The translations under genes were made by a program, and so were the position numbers. A DNA stretch of 64,000 bases from Spirulina sp. (GTDB lineage Bacteria > Cyanobacteriota > Cyanobacteriia > Phormidesmidales > Phormidesmidaceae): contig JBIPSI010000008.1 in the NCBI GenBank assembly GCA_044070495.1, positions 111,585 to 175,584 of the forward strand, written 5' to 3'. The notes under the pieces are model-generated. The model had not been told where the DNA came from. It saw only the letters and a program-made list of their open reading frames with translations, and did no database searches. Positions within the stretch are counted from its first letter, which is position 1. The number at the start of each line of letters is the position of its first letter. This document shows, piece by piece, positions 31,626 through 40,476 of this stretch.

Positions 31626-32504
31626 ATGACCACCCATCCACCCACCACCTCTCCACCCCCCACCCGCGCCCTGCCCTGGATGCGAATCCTGCTGTGGACT
31701 GCCGTGGGCTTTACGGTGTTGTTTAGCCTTGGCCCGGTGCTGTGGCAGGTGTTGACCTCGATTAAAACCAACGATGCCATTACCCAAACCCCGGTGGTGT
31801 ACTTTCCGGGGCTGGATCAGCTCACGTTGGATCACTACCTGGATTTGTTTCGGCGCAATCGGTTTTACCTCTATATGGGTAACAGCGCCTTGGTGTCGGT
31901 GATTTCGACCGGGCTGTGCTTGGCCCTAGGTTCCCCCGCCGCCTATGCCCTAGCGCGATTGCGGGTGCCGGGGAAGCAGATCCTTCTAGCCCTGGTGCTG
32001 GTGGTGACCTTGTTTCCCTACATCCTTTTATTTTTGGGATTGCTGGAACTGGTGCGACTGCTGGGCTGGGCTAACAATTACCTGGCGCTGATTGTGCCCT
32101 ACACCGCCATCAACCTGCCTCTAACGATTTTGGTGATGCGAAGCTTTTTCCAGCAGTTGCCTAGGGATTTGGAAGATTCCGCCAAGGTAGACGGCTACAA
32201 CACCCTGCAAATGCTCCAGCAAATTCTGCTGCCCATGACCCTCCCCGCCCTCGTCACCACGGGCATCCTCACCTTCATCTTTGCCTGGAATGAATACCTC
32301 TTTGCCCTCACCTTCATGACCCGCGAATCCATGAAGACCATCCCCGTCGCCGCCGCCCAACTGGGGGGCACCACCCTATTTGAAGTGCCCTACGGCCCCC
32401 TCGCCGCCGCCACCGTCGTTGGCACCCTGCCCCTAGTGCTGCTAGTGCTGTTCTTCCAACGCCGCATCGTCCAAGGCTTAACCGCAGGCTCAGTCAAGGG
32501 ATAA
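31626..32504 (+). CDS. Carbohydrate ABC transporter permease (MalG-like)
   Basis: LEDSAKVDG, AWNEYLFA, QRRIVQGLTAGSVKG. Confidence 0.92.
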   Translation: MTTHPPTTSPPPTRALPWMRILLWTAVGFTVLFSLGPVLWQVLTSIKTNDAITQTPVVYFPGLDQLTLDHYLDLFRRNRFYLYMGNSALVSVISTGLCLALGSPAAYALARLRVPGKQILLALVLVVTLFPYILLFLGLLELVRLLGWANNYLALIVPYTAINLPLTILVMRSFFQQLPRDLEDSAKVDGYNTLQMLQQILLPMTLPALVTTGILTFIFAWNEYLFALTFMTRESMKTIPVAAAQLGGTTLFEVPYGPLAAATVVGTLPLVLLVLFFQRRIVQGLTAGSVKG

Positions 32505-32516
32505 CAAATTTTTAGA

Positions 32517-32670
32517 AACTCAACCCTCAACCCCTAACCTTCAATCCCCAACCTCCAACCTCAAATCTCGAACCCTCAACCTTTAACCCTCAACCTTTAA
32601 CCTTCAACTTTCAATCTTTAACCCTCAACCTTTAACCTTCAACCTTCAAACCCTCAACCCCCAACCCCCA
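32517..32670 (+). repeat. Heptamer tandem repeat tract (AACCYTY), STRR-like
   Basis: About 20 degenerate AACCCTC/AACCTTT/AACCTTC units between permease and ATPase genes. Confidence 0.85.
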
Positions 32671-32672
32671 CC

Positions 32673-33743
32673 ATGGCCAAACTCGAACTCAAAAACCTCC
32701 GCAAAGCCTACAGCGACACCATTGTTCCGGTGAAGGACATCAGCCTCACCGTCACCGACGACGAATTTCTCACCCTGGTGGGGCCATCGGGCTGTGGCAA
32801 ATCCACCATTCTGCGGCTGATTGCCGGATTGGAACAGCCCACCCAAGGCCAGGTGCAGATTGGCGAGCGCGACGTTAGCCCCCTGCCACCCGGAGATCGC
32901 AACATTGCCATGGTGTTCCAAAGCTACGCCCTCTACCCCCACATGACGGTGCAGCAAAACATCGCCTCTGGCCTGAAGCTGCGTAACTTGGCCGGGGGCG
33001 ACATCCAAAAGCGCGTCCACGAAGCCTCTAGCCTGCTGGGGCTGGATGACCTCCTCGACCGCAAACCCGCCAAGCTCTCCGGGGGGCAACGGCAGCGGGT
33101 GGCCCTAGCCCGTGCCCTAGTGCGCCAGCCCGATGTGTTCCTGCTGGATGAACCCCTCAGCAACCTCGATGCCCTGCTGCGGGAACAGGTGCGGGCCGAC
33201 CTCAAACAGCTCTTTGCCGACCAAAAATCCCCCACCATCTACGTCACCCACGACCAAACCGAGGCCATGACCCTCTCGACGAAGGTGGCGGTGCTGAACG
33301 ATGGCTATCTGCAACAACTGGGTAGCCCAGAGGAGATCTACAAACGCCCCGCCAACCGCTTTGTGGCTGGATTCATCGGCAGCCCCCAAATGAATTTGCT
33401 GACCTGTGATCGTTCGGGCCAAACGGCCATCCTGGGCGAAACCCCCATCACCGCCCCCATGCCCCTGCCCGACCACAGTACCGTGGTGCTGGGGCTGCGG
33501 CCTGAGGATGTGCGCCTACCCCGCCAGGGCGACTCGATTCTTCTACGCGGCAATGTGTTTTTGGTGGAAAATCTAGGCATGGCCAACCTGGTCAGCCTGC
33601 ACCTGAAGGGCGACCCCCAAACCACCCTCCGCACCCTCCTCCCCGCCGACGCCACCTGGAGCCGCGAAAACCTAGAACTCGCCATTGCCCCCGACGCCCT
33701 TCACTGGTTCAATGCCGAAACGGGCCAGCGGTTGGGAGTTTAG
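32673..33743 (+). CDS. Carbohydrate ABC transporter ATP-binding protein (MalK-like)
   Basis: GPSGCGKS, FQSYALYPH, LSGGQRQR, DEPLSNLD, YVTHDQ. Confidence 0.94.
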   Translation: MAKLELKNLRKAYSDTIVPVKDISLTVTDDEFLTLVGPSGCGKSTILRLIAGLEQPTQGQVQIGERDVSPLPPGDRNIAMVFQSYALYPHMTVQQNIASGLKLRNLAGGDIQKRVHEASSLLGLDDLLDRKPAKLSGGQRQRVALARALVRQPDVFLLDEPLSNLDALLREQVRADLKQLFADQKSPTIYVTHDQTEAMTLSTKVAVLNDGYLQQLGSPEEIYKRPANRFVAGFIGSPQMNLLTCDRSGQTAILGETPITAPMPLPDHSTVVLGLRPEDVRLPRQGDSILLRGNVFLVENLGMANLVSLHLKGDPQTTLRTLLPADATWSRENLELAIAPDALHWFNAETGQRLGV

Positions 33744-33812
33744 GGAAAAGTTGGGCTGGTTGAACCACAAAAGATTTTGCATCGGGTGCGGAAACCGCTC
33801 CCCCACCGTATT

Positions 33813-33978
33813 CTACTAAGTACACATAAGTCCTTAACGTAGACGATACAGGGAATCGATCCCCCCTAGCCCCCCTTAAAAAGGGGGGGAACCGGAGTCA
33901 AAGTCCCCCTTTTTAAGGAGGATTTAGGGGGATCTCCAAGGACTTGCGGTATGAAAGCAAGATGTGTGTACTTAGTAG
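33813..33978. mobile_element. MITE with Tn5/IS50-like ends (copy 2) with a perfect 11-bp target duplication
   Basis: TIR CTACTAAGTACACA / TGTGTACTTAGTAG; CCCACCGTATT at 33802-33812 and 33979-33989. Confidence 0.9.
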
Positions 33979-34133
33979 CCCACCGTATTGGGATGATGGC
34001 GTGGGCAGGTCTCCTGACCCTTGGATGGATATGGATTCTAGCAAGTTTTGTCCGGCAATCAGGGAGTTGGGGATGAGGGCAGACCACTTTTGTCAGCCCA
34101 CTAGATTCATATCCAAGGGGAGGTCTTATTAGG

Positions 34134-34670
34134 GTGGTTTTTTATAAGTCGGTCACAGTACATAGGAATCCCAACCTGGATATCATCAAGATTTCAAGCC
34201 AGCCTGAAGCATTTTCCATCGTTTTCTTCATAGCGTTGCTGATTGGGATTGTTTCACTACCCTTCACTGAATATCGGAATAATTACATGGCGTATATTGG
34301 CCTGCTCTATCCGATAGGATTAGTGGTGGGCTATTTTATTCTAAGCACCCAGGATGCCAAATTTGAGAACAAGACCAAAGTAAGCATTAGAAAAGGCTTC
34401 GACACTTGGAGCATACCCTTCGAGACTGTGACGGGCGGCTATGCCTCGTGCAGAGTGAAAACTTCCCAAGCCAGCTTAATCAAAACATATTATCTAGACT
34501 TTGAATTAAGGGTCAACCTGCCCGACAATAAGAAGTACAGCATTAGAAATGGCACAGCGAATATCTTTCACTATGGTTTTAGCCAGTGGGGAAAGGAGCA
34601 AGAAAAGATTTGGGCAAAATTTAATGAAATTCTTGACGAAAAAGGTATATCAAATCTCACCCTAGAATGA
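34134..34670 (+). CDS. Hypothetical membrane protein (two TM helices), low GC
   Basis: 178-aa ORF with two hydrophobic segments. Confidence 0.6.
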   Translation: MVFYKSVTVHRNPNLDIIKISSQPEAFSIVFFIALLIGIVSLPFTEYRNNYMAYIGLLYPIGLVVGYFILSTQDAKFENKTKVSIRKGFDTWSIPFETVTGGYASCRVKTSQASLIKTYYLDFELRVNLPDNKKYSIRNGTANIFHYGFSQWGKEQEKIWAKFNEILDEKGISNLTLE

Positions 34671-34680
34671 GGACTATTCA

Positions 34681-35223
34681 ATGTCTGATGAAAGAATACA
34701 AGCCCTAAATACCCTATTCTGGTTCGGCCTTGGACTGGGTGCCTTAGGAGGACTATTCAGCGTTTTCGGCATATATTTTCTTTTTACTGCGAATGAGTCA
34801 TGGTCATGGCCATCCGTAGAAGGCTCTGTTGTTAATTCTGAGGTTCGCAGGGACATTTCTTTACGACATAGCACCGCCGGAACCACAAGAAAAACCCACA
34901 CTAAGTATTATGTATCGGTTAACTATACCTATGATGTTGAAGGCACTTCCTATTTATCTTCCCGCTATTCCCTTGGCCAAGGTGATCGTGTTAGTCGCAC
35001 CTACAAAGATCGTTCTGATGCCGAAGCAGAAGCGGAATCTCGCTTTCCAGAAGGTACTACCGTCACCGTCCATTACGATCCTAAGCAACCCACCGAAGCG
35101 GTTCTTGCCGCCGGGTGGAACTGGGGGACATTTGTGCCCCTCTTAATGGGGATCTTTTTAGGTGGGTCGGGGTGGCTATTCTACGCCGTTAGCCGATCCA
35201 CAAATGTGACTTCAGGGCAATAA
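34681..35223 (+). CDS. DUF3592-like membrane protein
   Basis: TM, SWPSVEG, YTYDVEG, VTVHYDPKQP, TM architecture; GAGG upstream. Confidence 0.78.
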   Translation: MSDERIQALNTLFWFGLGLGALGGLFSVFGIYFLFTANESWSWPSVEGSVVNSEVRRDISLRHSTAGTTRKTHTKYYVSVNYTYDVEGTSYLSSRYSLGQGDRVSRTYKDRSDAEAEAESRFPEGTTVTVHYDPKQPTEAVLAAGWNWGTFVPLLMGIFLGGSGWLFYAVSRSTNVTSGQ

Positions 35224-35301
35224 GTCAGGGCAATAAGTCAGGACAGTAAACTTTCAGGACAATCAACCTTCAGGACAGTCACCTTTCGGGACAATAACCT
35301 T
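35212..35301 (+). repeat. Tandem repeat (2 x 13 bp then 4 x 16 bp, core TCAGGRCA)
   Basis: TCAGGGCAATAAG x2; TCAGGACAGTAAACTT; TCAGGACAATCAACCT; TCAGGACAGTCACCTT; TCGGGACAATAACCTT. Confidence 0.85.
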
Positions 35302-35345
35302 AGCGTGATCGCCCATCTTTCTTCCTTCGGCAGCAGTGATTAACC

Positions 35346-35744
35346 ATGGCTCCCATCGCTCTCGCCCTCAACATCGTCGCGCTATGTGTCACCTTGGCGG
35401 GGGTAGAAACGCTGCACGGCATTCTTCGTAATGCGTTGGTGGCTCCCAAAATTGGCACCAAACGGGCCAAAAAGCTAAGCTTAATCAGCGGCACCATCCT
35501 GCTGTTTATCGTGTGCTACCTTTGGGTGCCTCGGTTGGGCTTGGTCAGTCCTGGATCTCTACTCGCCCTGGGCCTCCTGCTTGCCATCTTCATGGCCCTG
35601 TTTGATATGCTGCTGGGCCACTACATCATCAAGCTCCGCTGGCGGGTAATCTTGAAGGACTTCGACCCTCGCCAGGGCAACTATTTGATATTTGGCTTGC
35701 TGGTGTTGGTGTTCATCCCTCTGGTGGTGATGGCGATACATTAA
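35346..35744 (+). CDS. Hypothetical 4-TM membrane protein
   Basis: 132-aa hydrophobic ORF with ETLHGILR and FD..LG motifs. Confidence 0.7.
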   Translation: MAPIALALNIVALCVTLAGVETLHGILRNALVAPKIGTKRAKKLSLISGTILLFIVCYLWVPRLGLVSPGSLLALGLLLAIFMALFDMLLGHYIIKLRWRVILKDFDPRQGNYLIFGLLVLVFIPLVVMAIH

Positions 35745-35774
35745 AGGACTTGCGCCGACTCAGCCCACCCCACA

Positions 35775-35996
35775 TCAGATCAATTTTTCCCACTCTTCTC
35801 GGCTGATTTGGGCTTGGCGAAGAATCTTGGTTAACAACGCTTTGCTGATGTCGCCCTGATGGGGATTAGGGATGGTAAGTCGCAACCCATCCCTCACCAT
35901 GAATTGATGTTTACCCCCAGAATATGGCCCATCAAAGCCGAGTTGCTTAAGATACTGAACCAGGGCACTGCGCTTGATAGGGCCGAAAGCAGGCAT
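35775..35996 (-). CDS. hicA: HicA-family toxin
   Basis: LKQLGF..GGKHQFM..LTIPNPH..DIS..LL..ILRQA. Confidence 0.9.
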   Translation of the reverse strand: MPAFGPIKRSALVQYLKQLGFDGPYSGGKHQFMVRDGLRLTIPNPHQGDISKALLTKILRQAQISREEWEKLI

Positions 35997-36241
35997 TAGG
36001 CGACTTCCTCGACAGCAGGGTTAATGTCGAGGCCGTTGAGGGTAGGCAGCCGATGGCCAAGGTGTAGCCCCAGAATAAGCCACTCTTCTAAGACGCTTTG
36101 GAGGTCTTCGCGGCAGGCTTCTAGGGTTGTGCCGTTGCTGATTACCCCTGGACAGGTGGGGATTTCTCCGTAGAAGGTGCCATCGTCTAGCAATTCGTAA
36201 ACGGCTTGATGCATAGCCGTTTGGATGTAGCGCGTCAGCAT
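35996..36241 (-). CDS. hicB: HicB-family antitoxin (short, no evident DNA-binding domain)
   Basis: FYGEIPTCPGVISNGTTLEACREDL..EEW; stop overlaps hicA start. Confidence 0.88.
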   Translation of the reverse strand: MLTRYIQTAMHQAVYELLDDGTFYGEIPTCPGVISNGTTLEACREDLQSVLEEWLILGLHLGHRLPTLNGLDINPAVEEVA

Positions 36242-36334
36242 AGGTCGTCACCGTTGGGCTATAGGGTGATCATACGTCACACCCCGGTCTGCTCACGAAT
36301 TTCCCTAGCCAAGGACTTCCAACCCTGCTATCCC

Positions 36335-36829
36335 CTAGCCCTCCACTCGGCTCTGGCAGCAGGGACACAGACCATAGATGGTAAACTGGCCATCTAGCAA
36401 GGCAAAGCCTCGATCCTGGGTTTCCTGGGTGGTCACTTCGGTAATGGCGTCGTCTTCAAATTCCTGCACATCGCCGCACTGCACGCAAACGAGGTGATGA
36501 TGCTGTTGCCAAATGGGACTTTTGAGTTCGTAGTATTTGCGCCCTTCCGCCAGTTCTAGCTCTTGCAAAAGACCCAATTTCACCATCACATGTAGTGCGC
36601 GATACACGGTGGACACGCTAATTCTTTCGCCCTGGTGGCCCAAATGCTGATGAATTTCCTCGGCACTGAGGTGATGGCGACTGGCGTTGGCTTCAAACAA
36701 AGCCAGAATTTTTTGGCGCTGCACCGTTAGCCGAAACCCTTCTCGGTTTAAGGTTTCCTTCAATATCCCAGGACTGATCAAATCTTGGGGGACCGGAGGA
36801 TCCGGTGGGCTGGCACTGTTTGCATCCAT
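36335..36829 (-). CDS. Fur-family transcriptional regulator (FurA-like paralog)
   Basis: RLTVQR, HLSAEE, STVYR, HHHLVCVQC, C-terminal CPCC; AGAGG upstream of ATG 36829. Confidence 0.92.
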   Translation of the reverse strand: MDANSASPPDPPVPQDLISPGILKETLNREGFRLTVQRQKILALFEANASRHHLSAEEIHQHLGHQGERISVSTVYRALHVMVKLGLLQELELAEGRKYYELKSPIWQQHHHLVCVQCGDVQEFEDDAITEVTTQETQDRGFALLDGQFTIYGLCPCCQSRVEG

Positions 36830-36926
36830 GTTGGCCTCTAGCATCCAAACCACGGTATTCACATCTCAATCTAAGTACAACAAGAAAGCATTTAAGGTGA
36901 CGACCTCATCGCGCCGGAAAGAGCGG

Positions 36927-37026
36927 CTATTGAAATTAACTTTCGATAAATGAGAATCATCATTGCGGAGATATCGTAGACCTTAAAGAGGTTATTGAAA
37001 ATGATTTTCGCTAATAAGAATAGAAT
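36927..37026. promoter_or_regulatory. Fur-box-like palindromes and candidate -10 in the fur/dpsA divergent promoter
   Basis: CTATTGAAATTAACTTTCGATAA (36927), TAAATGAGAATCATCATTG (36947), TTATTGAAAATGATTTTCGCTAA (36992); TAGAAT at 37021. Confidence 0.7.
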
Positions 37027-37338
37027 CCCAACGGTAGCCTACTACCCTTGTTTTTTTAGACTAAAAAAACTATCATCAAACTTCAGACTCCTTCGGTTCC
37101 TAATCATCACAGCTCTGTGAAATAGCTAAGAATCAAGGATCCAAACGACGGGACGAAGGTCAAATAGCCCACGACCACCGGATCTCAATCCACCCTTTTT
37201 GAACCACGTCATCGCATTTCTCAATGGGGACAATAGCCCATTCATGGGGAATCTAGGATTTCGATGAATGGGTTGAGAATGTTCCCCGTTGTGAATAGCT
37301 GGAATGGGCCAAATAACGCCAATTTTAAGGAGAGTGCT

Positions 37339-37875
37339 ATGCCTATCACCGAAACCCTGCTGCAATCCTACGGAGAGGTTGCGGACAACTGTATCGGGCT
37401 GGAAAAGTCGGTCACAGAGCCGATTATTGAAGGGCTGGGCACCGTTTATGCCAGCTTTATGGCCCTGTATATGCAGTACCAAAAGCATCATTTTGTGGTG
37501 GAAGGTTCGGAGTATTACATGCTCCACGACTTTTTCTCGGAGAGCTACGAGGCCGTCCAAGACCACGCCCATGAGGTGGGTGAGCGGCTGCACGGGCTGG
37601 GTGGTGTTCCGGCAGGACGACTGGCAACCCTGGCCAACCTCTGCGCCTTCGATCCGGAGGGGGATGATGTCCACCGCTGCCGGGTGATGATCGCCAATGA
37701 CCTGAAGGCCGAACAGGCCATGGTTGAGCTGATTCGTCGGCTGGCTTCCCAGGCCGAAAGTCTGGGCGACCGCGCCACCCGCCACCTCTACGAGGAAATT
37801 TTGCTGAAGACCGAAGAACGCGCCTACCACCTGGAGCATTTCCTCACCCCCGACAGCCTGAAACTGGCTTGGTAG
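37339..37875 (+). CDS. dpsA: Dps-family DNA protection/ferritin-like protein (DpsA type)
   Basis: [42 protein letters not shown]. Confidence 0.92.
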   Translation: MPITETLLQSYGEVADNCIGLEKSVTEPIIEGLGTVYASFMALYMQYQKHHFVVEGSEYYMLHDFFSESYEAVQDHAHEVGERLHGLGGVPAGRLATLANLCAFDPEGDDVHRCRVMIANDLKAEQAMVELIRRLASQAESLGDRATRHLYEEILLKTEERAYHLEHFLTPDSLKLAW

Positions 37876-37982
37876 GCCAAGTCTATCGGCCAAGTTCATC
37901 GATCTTTGCCGCTCCATCGCCCACCTTGACCATGGCGTCATGGCGCTGAGCGTCCTTGGGTGAAATCTATCCATCCGGCCCA

Positions 37983-38732
37983 TCATTGGCAGTGGGCCAA
38001 AAGCGCGATTGCACGGTCGGGGGTAACTCGGCTGTGCATTTTTTTCTGGGGCATCACCCGCAGGTTTGGCCCCTGTTTGCAGGCTCCCATGCAGCCCGAG
38101 CCTTCCACGGTGATGTGTTGCAAATCGGGGTTGCTCTCGACTTCGGACTGAAGCGCTTGCAGGATGTGCTGCCCGCCCTGCTTAAAGCATTTGCCCTTAC
38201 GACAGACCTGAAGACAGGCTTTTTTCGGCGCGGCTGGTTTCGCAGATGATGGCTGTTTGGATCCGTGTTTCGTCAATACCTGAAGCCCCTGATCCGTTAG
38301 GCCATCCTGAACCCTTGCCAATGATGGCAACGTGGCTACATTTTTTTCTGCAACCGTGGCGGATTGAATCAGGGCATCCTTTAGGGCTTGGGGCACCTCG
38401 GCCTCAGGCCAGGGAATCAGGTTCATGCCCCGCCAGCGGTCATCGTCGCGGTCGGCCCACACCTGCACCCAAGCACCGGGTTGCAGTTCGCGCACCAGCA
38501 TCGGACGTAGATACTTGGGCAGCTTAATCGCCAGTTCACCCTCGGCAGCGTGGAGAATCAGCCCTTTAATTTTGCCCTTGGCCGACCGCAGGGGGGCCGC
38601 GTACCTGCCGCGCAGAACCTGGCCCTGGGGCTGGTGAGGACTGGGGGCGGAGGGCTGAAGGACGGGCTGCACAGGGGCGACCATCACCGCCGAGACAGGC
38701 CGGGAAAATCGAGGGGATTCATCGCGCATCAT
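37983..38732 (-). CDS. Thioredoxin-like [2Fe-2S] ferredoxin domain protein with N-terminal beta-rich domain
   Basis: C-terminal VCRKGKC...GCMGACKQGPN; start overlaps upstream stop (ATGA). Confidence 0.8.
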   Translation of the reverse strand: MMRDESPRFSRPVSAVMVAPVQPVLQPSAPSPHQPQGQVLRGRYAAPLRSAKGKIKGLILHAAEGELAIKLPKYLRPMLVRELQPGAWVQVWADRDDDRWRGMNLIPWPEAEVPQALKDALIQSATVAEKNVATLPSLARVQDGLTDQGLQVLTKHGSKQPSSAKPAAPKKACLQVCRKGKCFKQGGQHILQALQSEVESNPDLQHITVEGSGCMGACKQGPNLRVMPQKKMHSRVTPDRAIALLAHCQ

Positions 38733-39007
38733 TTCGAGATCCTTTGCTGCCAGCAGCGGTTGAGGTGGGCGACCTGGTCTGCCTTGGGGGCGATTTGGGT
38801 TTTTACGACGCTCCAAATTTGGGCCAGGGCCAGGGGCGTTTCGGCGGAAACCCGCAGGGGTTGATGCACCCCGCAATGGCAGGGAATCGAGAGATCTTGC
38901 AAGCGGCGGTAAACCTCCCAAGTGGCGACCCGATCTAGGTCGAGGGGTAGGGTAAGCGCCGGAGATGGGCTAGACAGCGGAGCAGAGGGAGAGCACAACA
39001 TGGCCAT
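38729..39007 (-). CDS. Asr1405/Asl0597-family small protein
   Basis: WEVYRRLQDLSIPCHC...QIWSV...LNRCW motif. Confidence 0.75.
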   Translation of the reverse strand: MAMLCSPSAPLSSPSPALTLPLDLDRVATWEVYRRLQDLSIPCHCGVHQPLRVSAETPLALAQIWSVVKTQIAPKADQVAHLNRCWQQRISK

Positions 39008-39214
39008 CGAAGTCAGAGAACTTCGGGATTAGGGGATGACAGCCAGGGCAAAACCCACCGCTGGCCCACGATCCTCTTGCCATTGGTTCTGAATAAAGGG
39101 TGACTGGGTGTCTAAGCCTGGGGGCTAAGATTATTCCCAAATAAGGCCCAAATTCCCTGTCAGCAACCGCTTAGGCGTTCTATGGCGCTGTAACTGAGAT
39201 ATTGGGAGCCATCC

Positions 39215-39278
39215 TTAATGAAGATCGTTTCCACTAAGATAACGAACCCCTGGGTTTAATGCAATAGATTTTCAATAA
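39215..39278. promoter_or_regulatory. Fur-box-like palindromes upstream of the Asr1405/2Fe-2S operon
   Basis: TTAATGAAGATCGTTTCCACTAA (39215) and TTAATGCAATAGATTTTCAATAA (39256). Confidence 0.6.
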
Positions 39279-39417
39279 GAAAATTCTATAAAAACCCAGA
39301 AGCCTTGTCATATCAGGTGATTCAAGCCTTAACCTGAAATTAACTCGCAATGAAATGTTGCTATAACTTAGATCAACTGGCGATAAGCACCGCCCCAGCC
39401 AACCACCGAGAACGCCC

Positions 39418-40191
39418 CTAAAACGTCTGAAGTGCGACCAGCATCTCTTCGCTGAGGGGGGTGGGGGTGAGGCTGTAGCGAATCCCCTCAGTGACGGAGA
39501 CCAGGTTGAGGTAGTAGGGATCTTCGCCATCCTTGGCCACCCGATAAATGCGAACGCCCGTTTCCGTGGAAAGCACTTCCCCCGTGATGTTGCTGAGGCG
39601 ATAGCCCTGGGCTTCCAGGTTGTCTTGAATGGATCGCGCCGCCCCTCGCCAGCCCCCCTCTACGGGGCTAGTCCAGCAGGTTTCAACGCCGCAATCGGCC
39701 TGTTGCGCCCCCTGGAAGTGGGGAAAATCGGCGTAGGGCTGGGGTTCGGGTTCCGCAATGGGTTCCGCAATGGGTTCTGGCTCTGGATCTGTGGCCATGG
39801 GTTCCGTAACGGGTGGTTCAGGAGCGACCAAGGGTTCGGCAGGAGCAGGGATAACCTCTGGGACGGACTGCTGAACAGGCGGCGCAACCCTAGGAGAGGG
39901 AACCACGGCAGCGGGACTCATTTCGGCGGGAGGGGGGGCTGGCGCGGCTGGTTCGGATTGGGGCGTAGGCAGAACAGCCACATCAATGCTGGCGGTGGGT
40001 TCTTGCATGGTTGTGGGATCTTCCGCTTCGTGGGCACGGGGCGACCAGGGTAGACCGAGGAGCACTCCATGGGCACCCAAAGACGCCGCCAAACACAGCC
40101 CGCCCAGCCAAGGCTTGAGCTTTGCGATCCTGGCTTTTTGGCCTGAGGAGCGGGGGATCGGGGTGGAATGGGCGAAAAACTGTAGGGTCAT
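39418..40191 (-). CDS. Membrane-anchored Pro/Glu-rich hypothetical protein
   Basis: TM with SLGAHG, long PEP-rich linker, globular C-terminus. Confidence 0.75.
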   Translation of the reverse strand: MTLQFFAHSTPIPRSSGQKARIAKLKPWLGGLCLAASLGAHGVLLGLPWSPRAHEAEDPTTMQEPTASIDVAVLPTPQSEPAAPAPPPAEMSPAAVVPSPRVAPPVQQSVPEVIPAPAEPLVAPEPPVTEPMATDPEPEPIAEPIAEPEPQPYADFPHFQGAQQADCGVETCWTSPVEGGWRGAARSIQDNLEAQGYRLSNITGEVLSTETGVRIYRVAKDGEDPYYLNLVSVTEGIRYSLTPTPLSEEMLVALQTF

Positions 40192-40377
40192 TATCGAAAA
40201 GCTTTGGCAGTAGTTTGTGCCGGGTAACAGGATCGGTTCACCATTAGCTTACGCCAATATACCCTAACAATCGACGATTTCATAGAGATTTCAAGGATTT
40301 AACTGGTCTCCATTGACCTGAATCGGGGGATTCTCAGTTGCCACTACCCACCACCTATACCAAGTCTTTTTCGGAGT

Positions 40378-40410
40378 TTATTGGGAAGCTGTGTCAACAA
40401 GCGCTACAAT
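40378..40410 (+). promoter_or_regulatory. Candidate futA promoter: degenerate Fur-box-like site and -10
   Basis: TTATTGGGAAGCTGTGTCAACAA followed by TACAAT at 40405. Confidence 0.5.
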
Positions 40411-40476
40411 GCGTAACGAACTGAACCCAAGGGCATCTCCCCTGAGGGCGCTTTTGAAGATTTTTGAAGGTTTGAG

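Noticed and set aside
35212..35301. Mini CRISPR array
   Set aside because: Units are 13-16 bp and contiguous, with no unique spacers.
37126..37986. 286-aa ORF antisense to dpsA, and similar long shadow ORFs across the window
   Set aside because: They overlap well-supported genes on the opposite strand, lack motifs and are expected at high GC.
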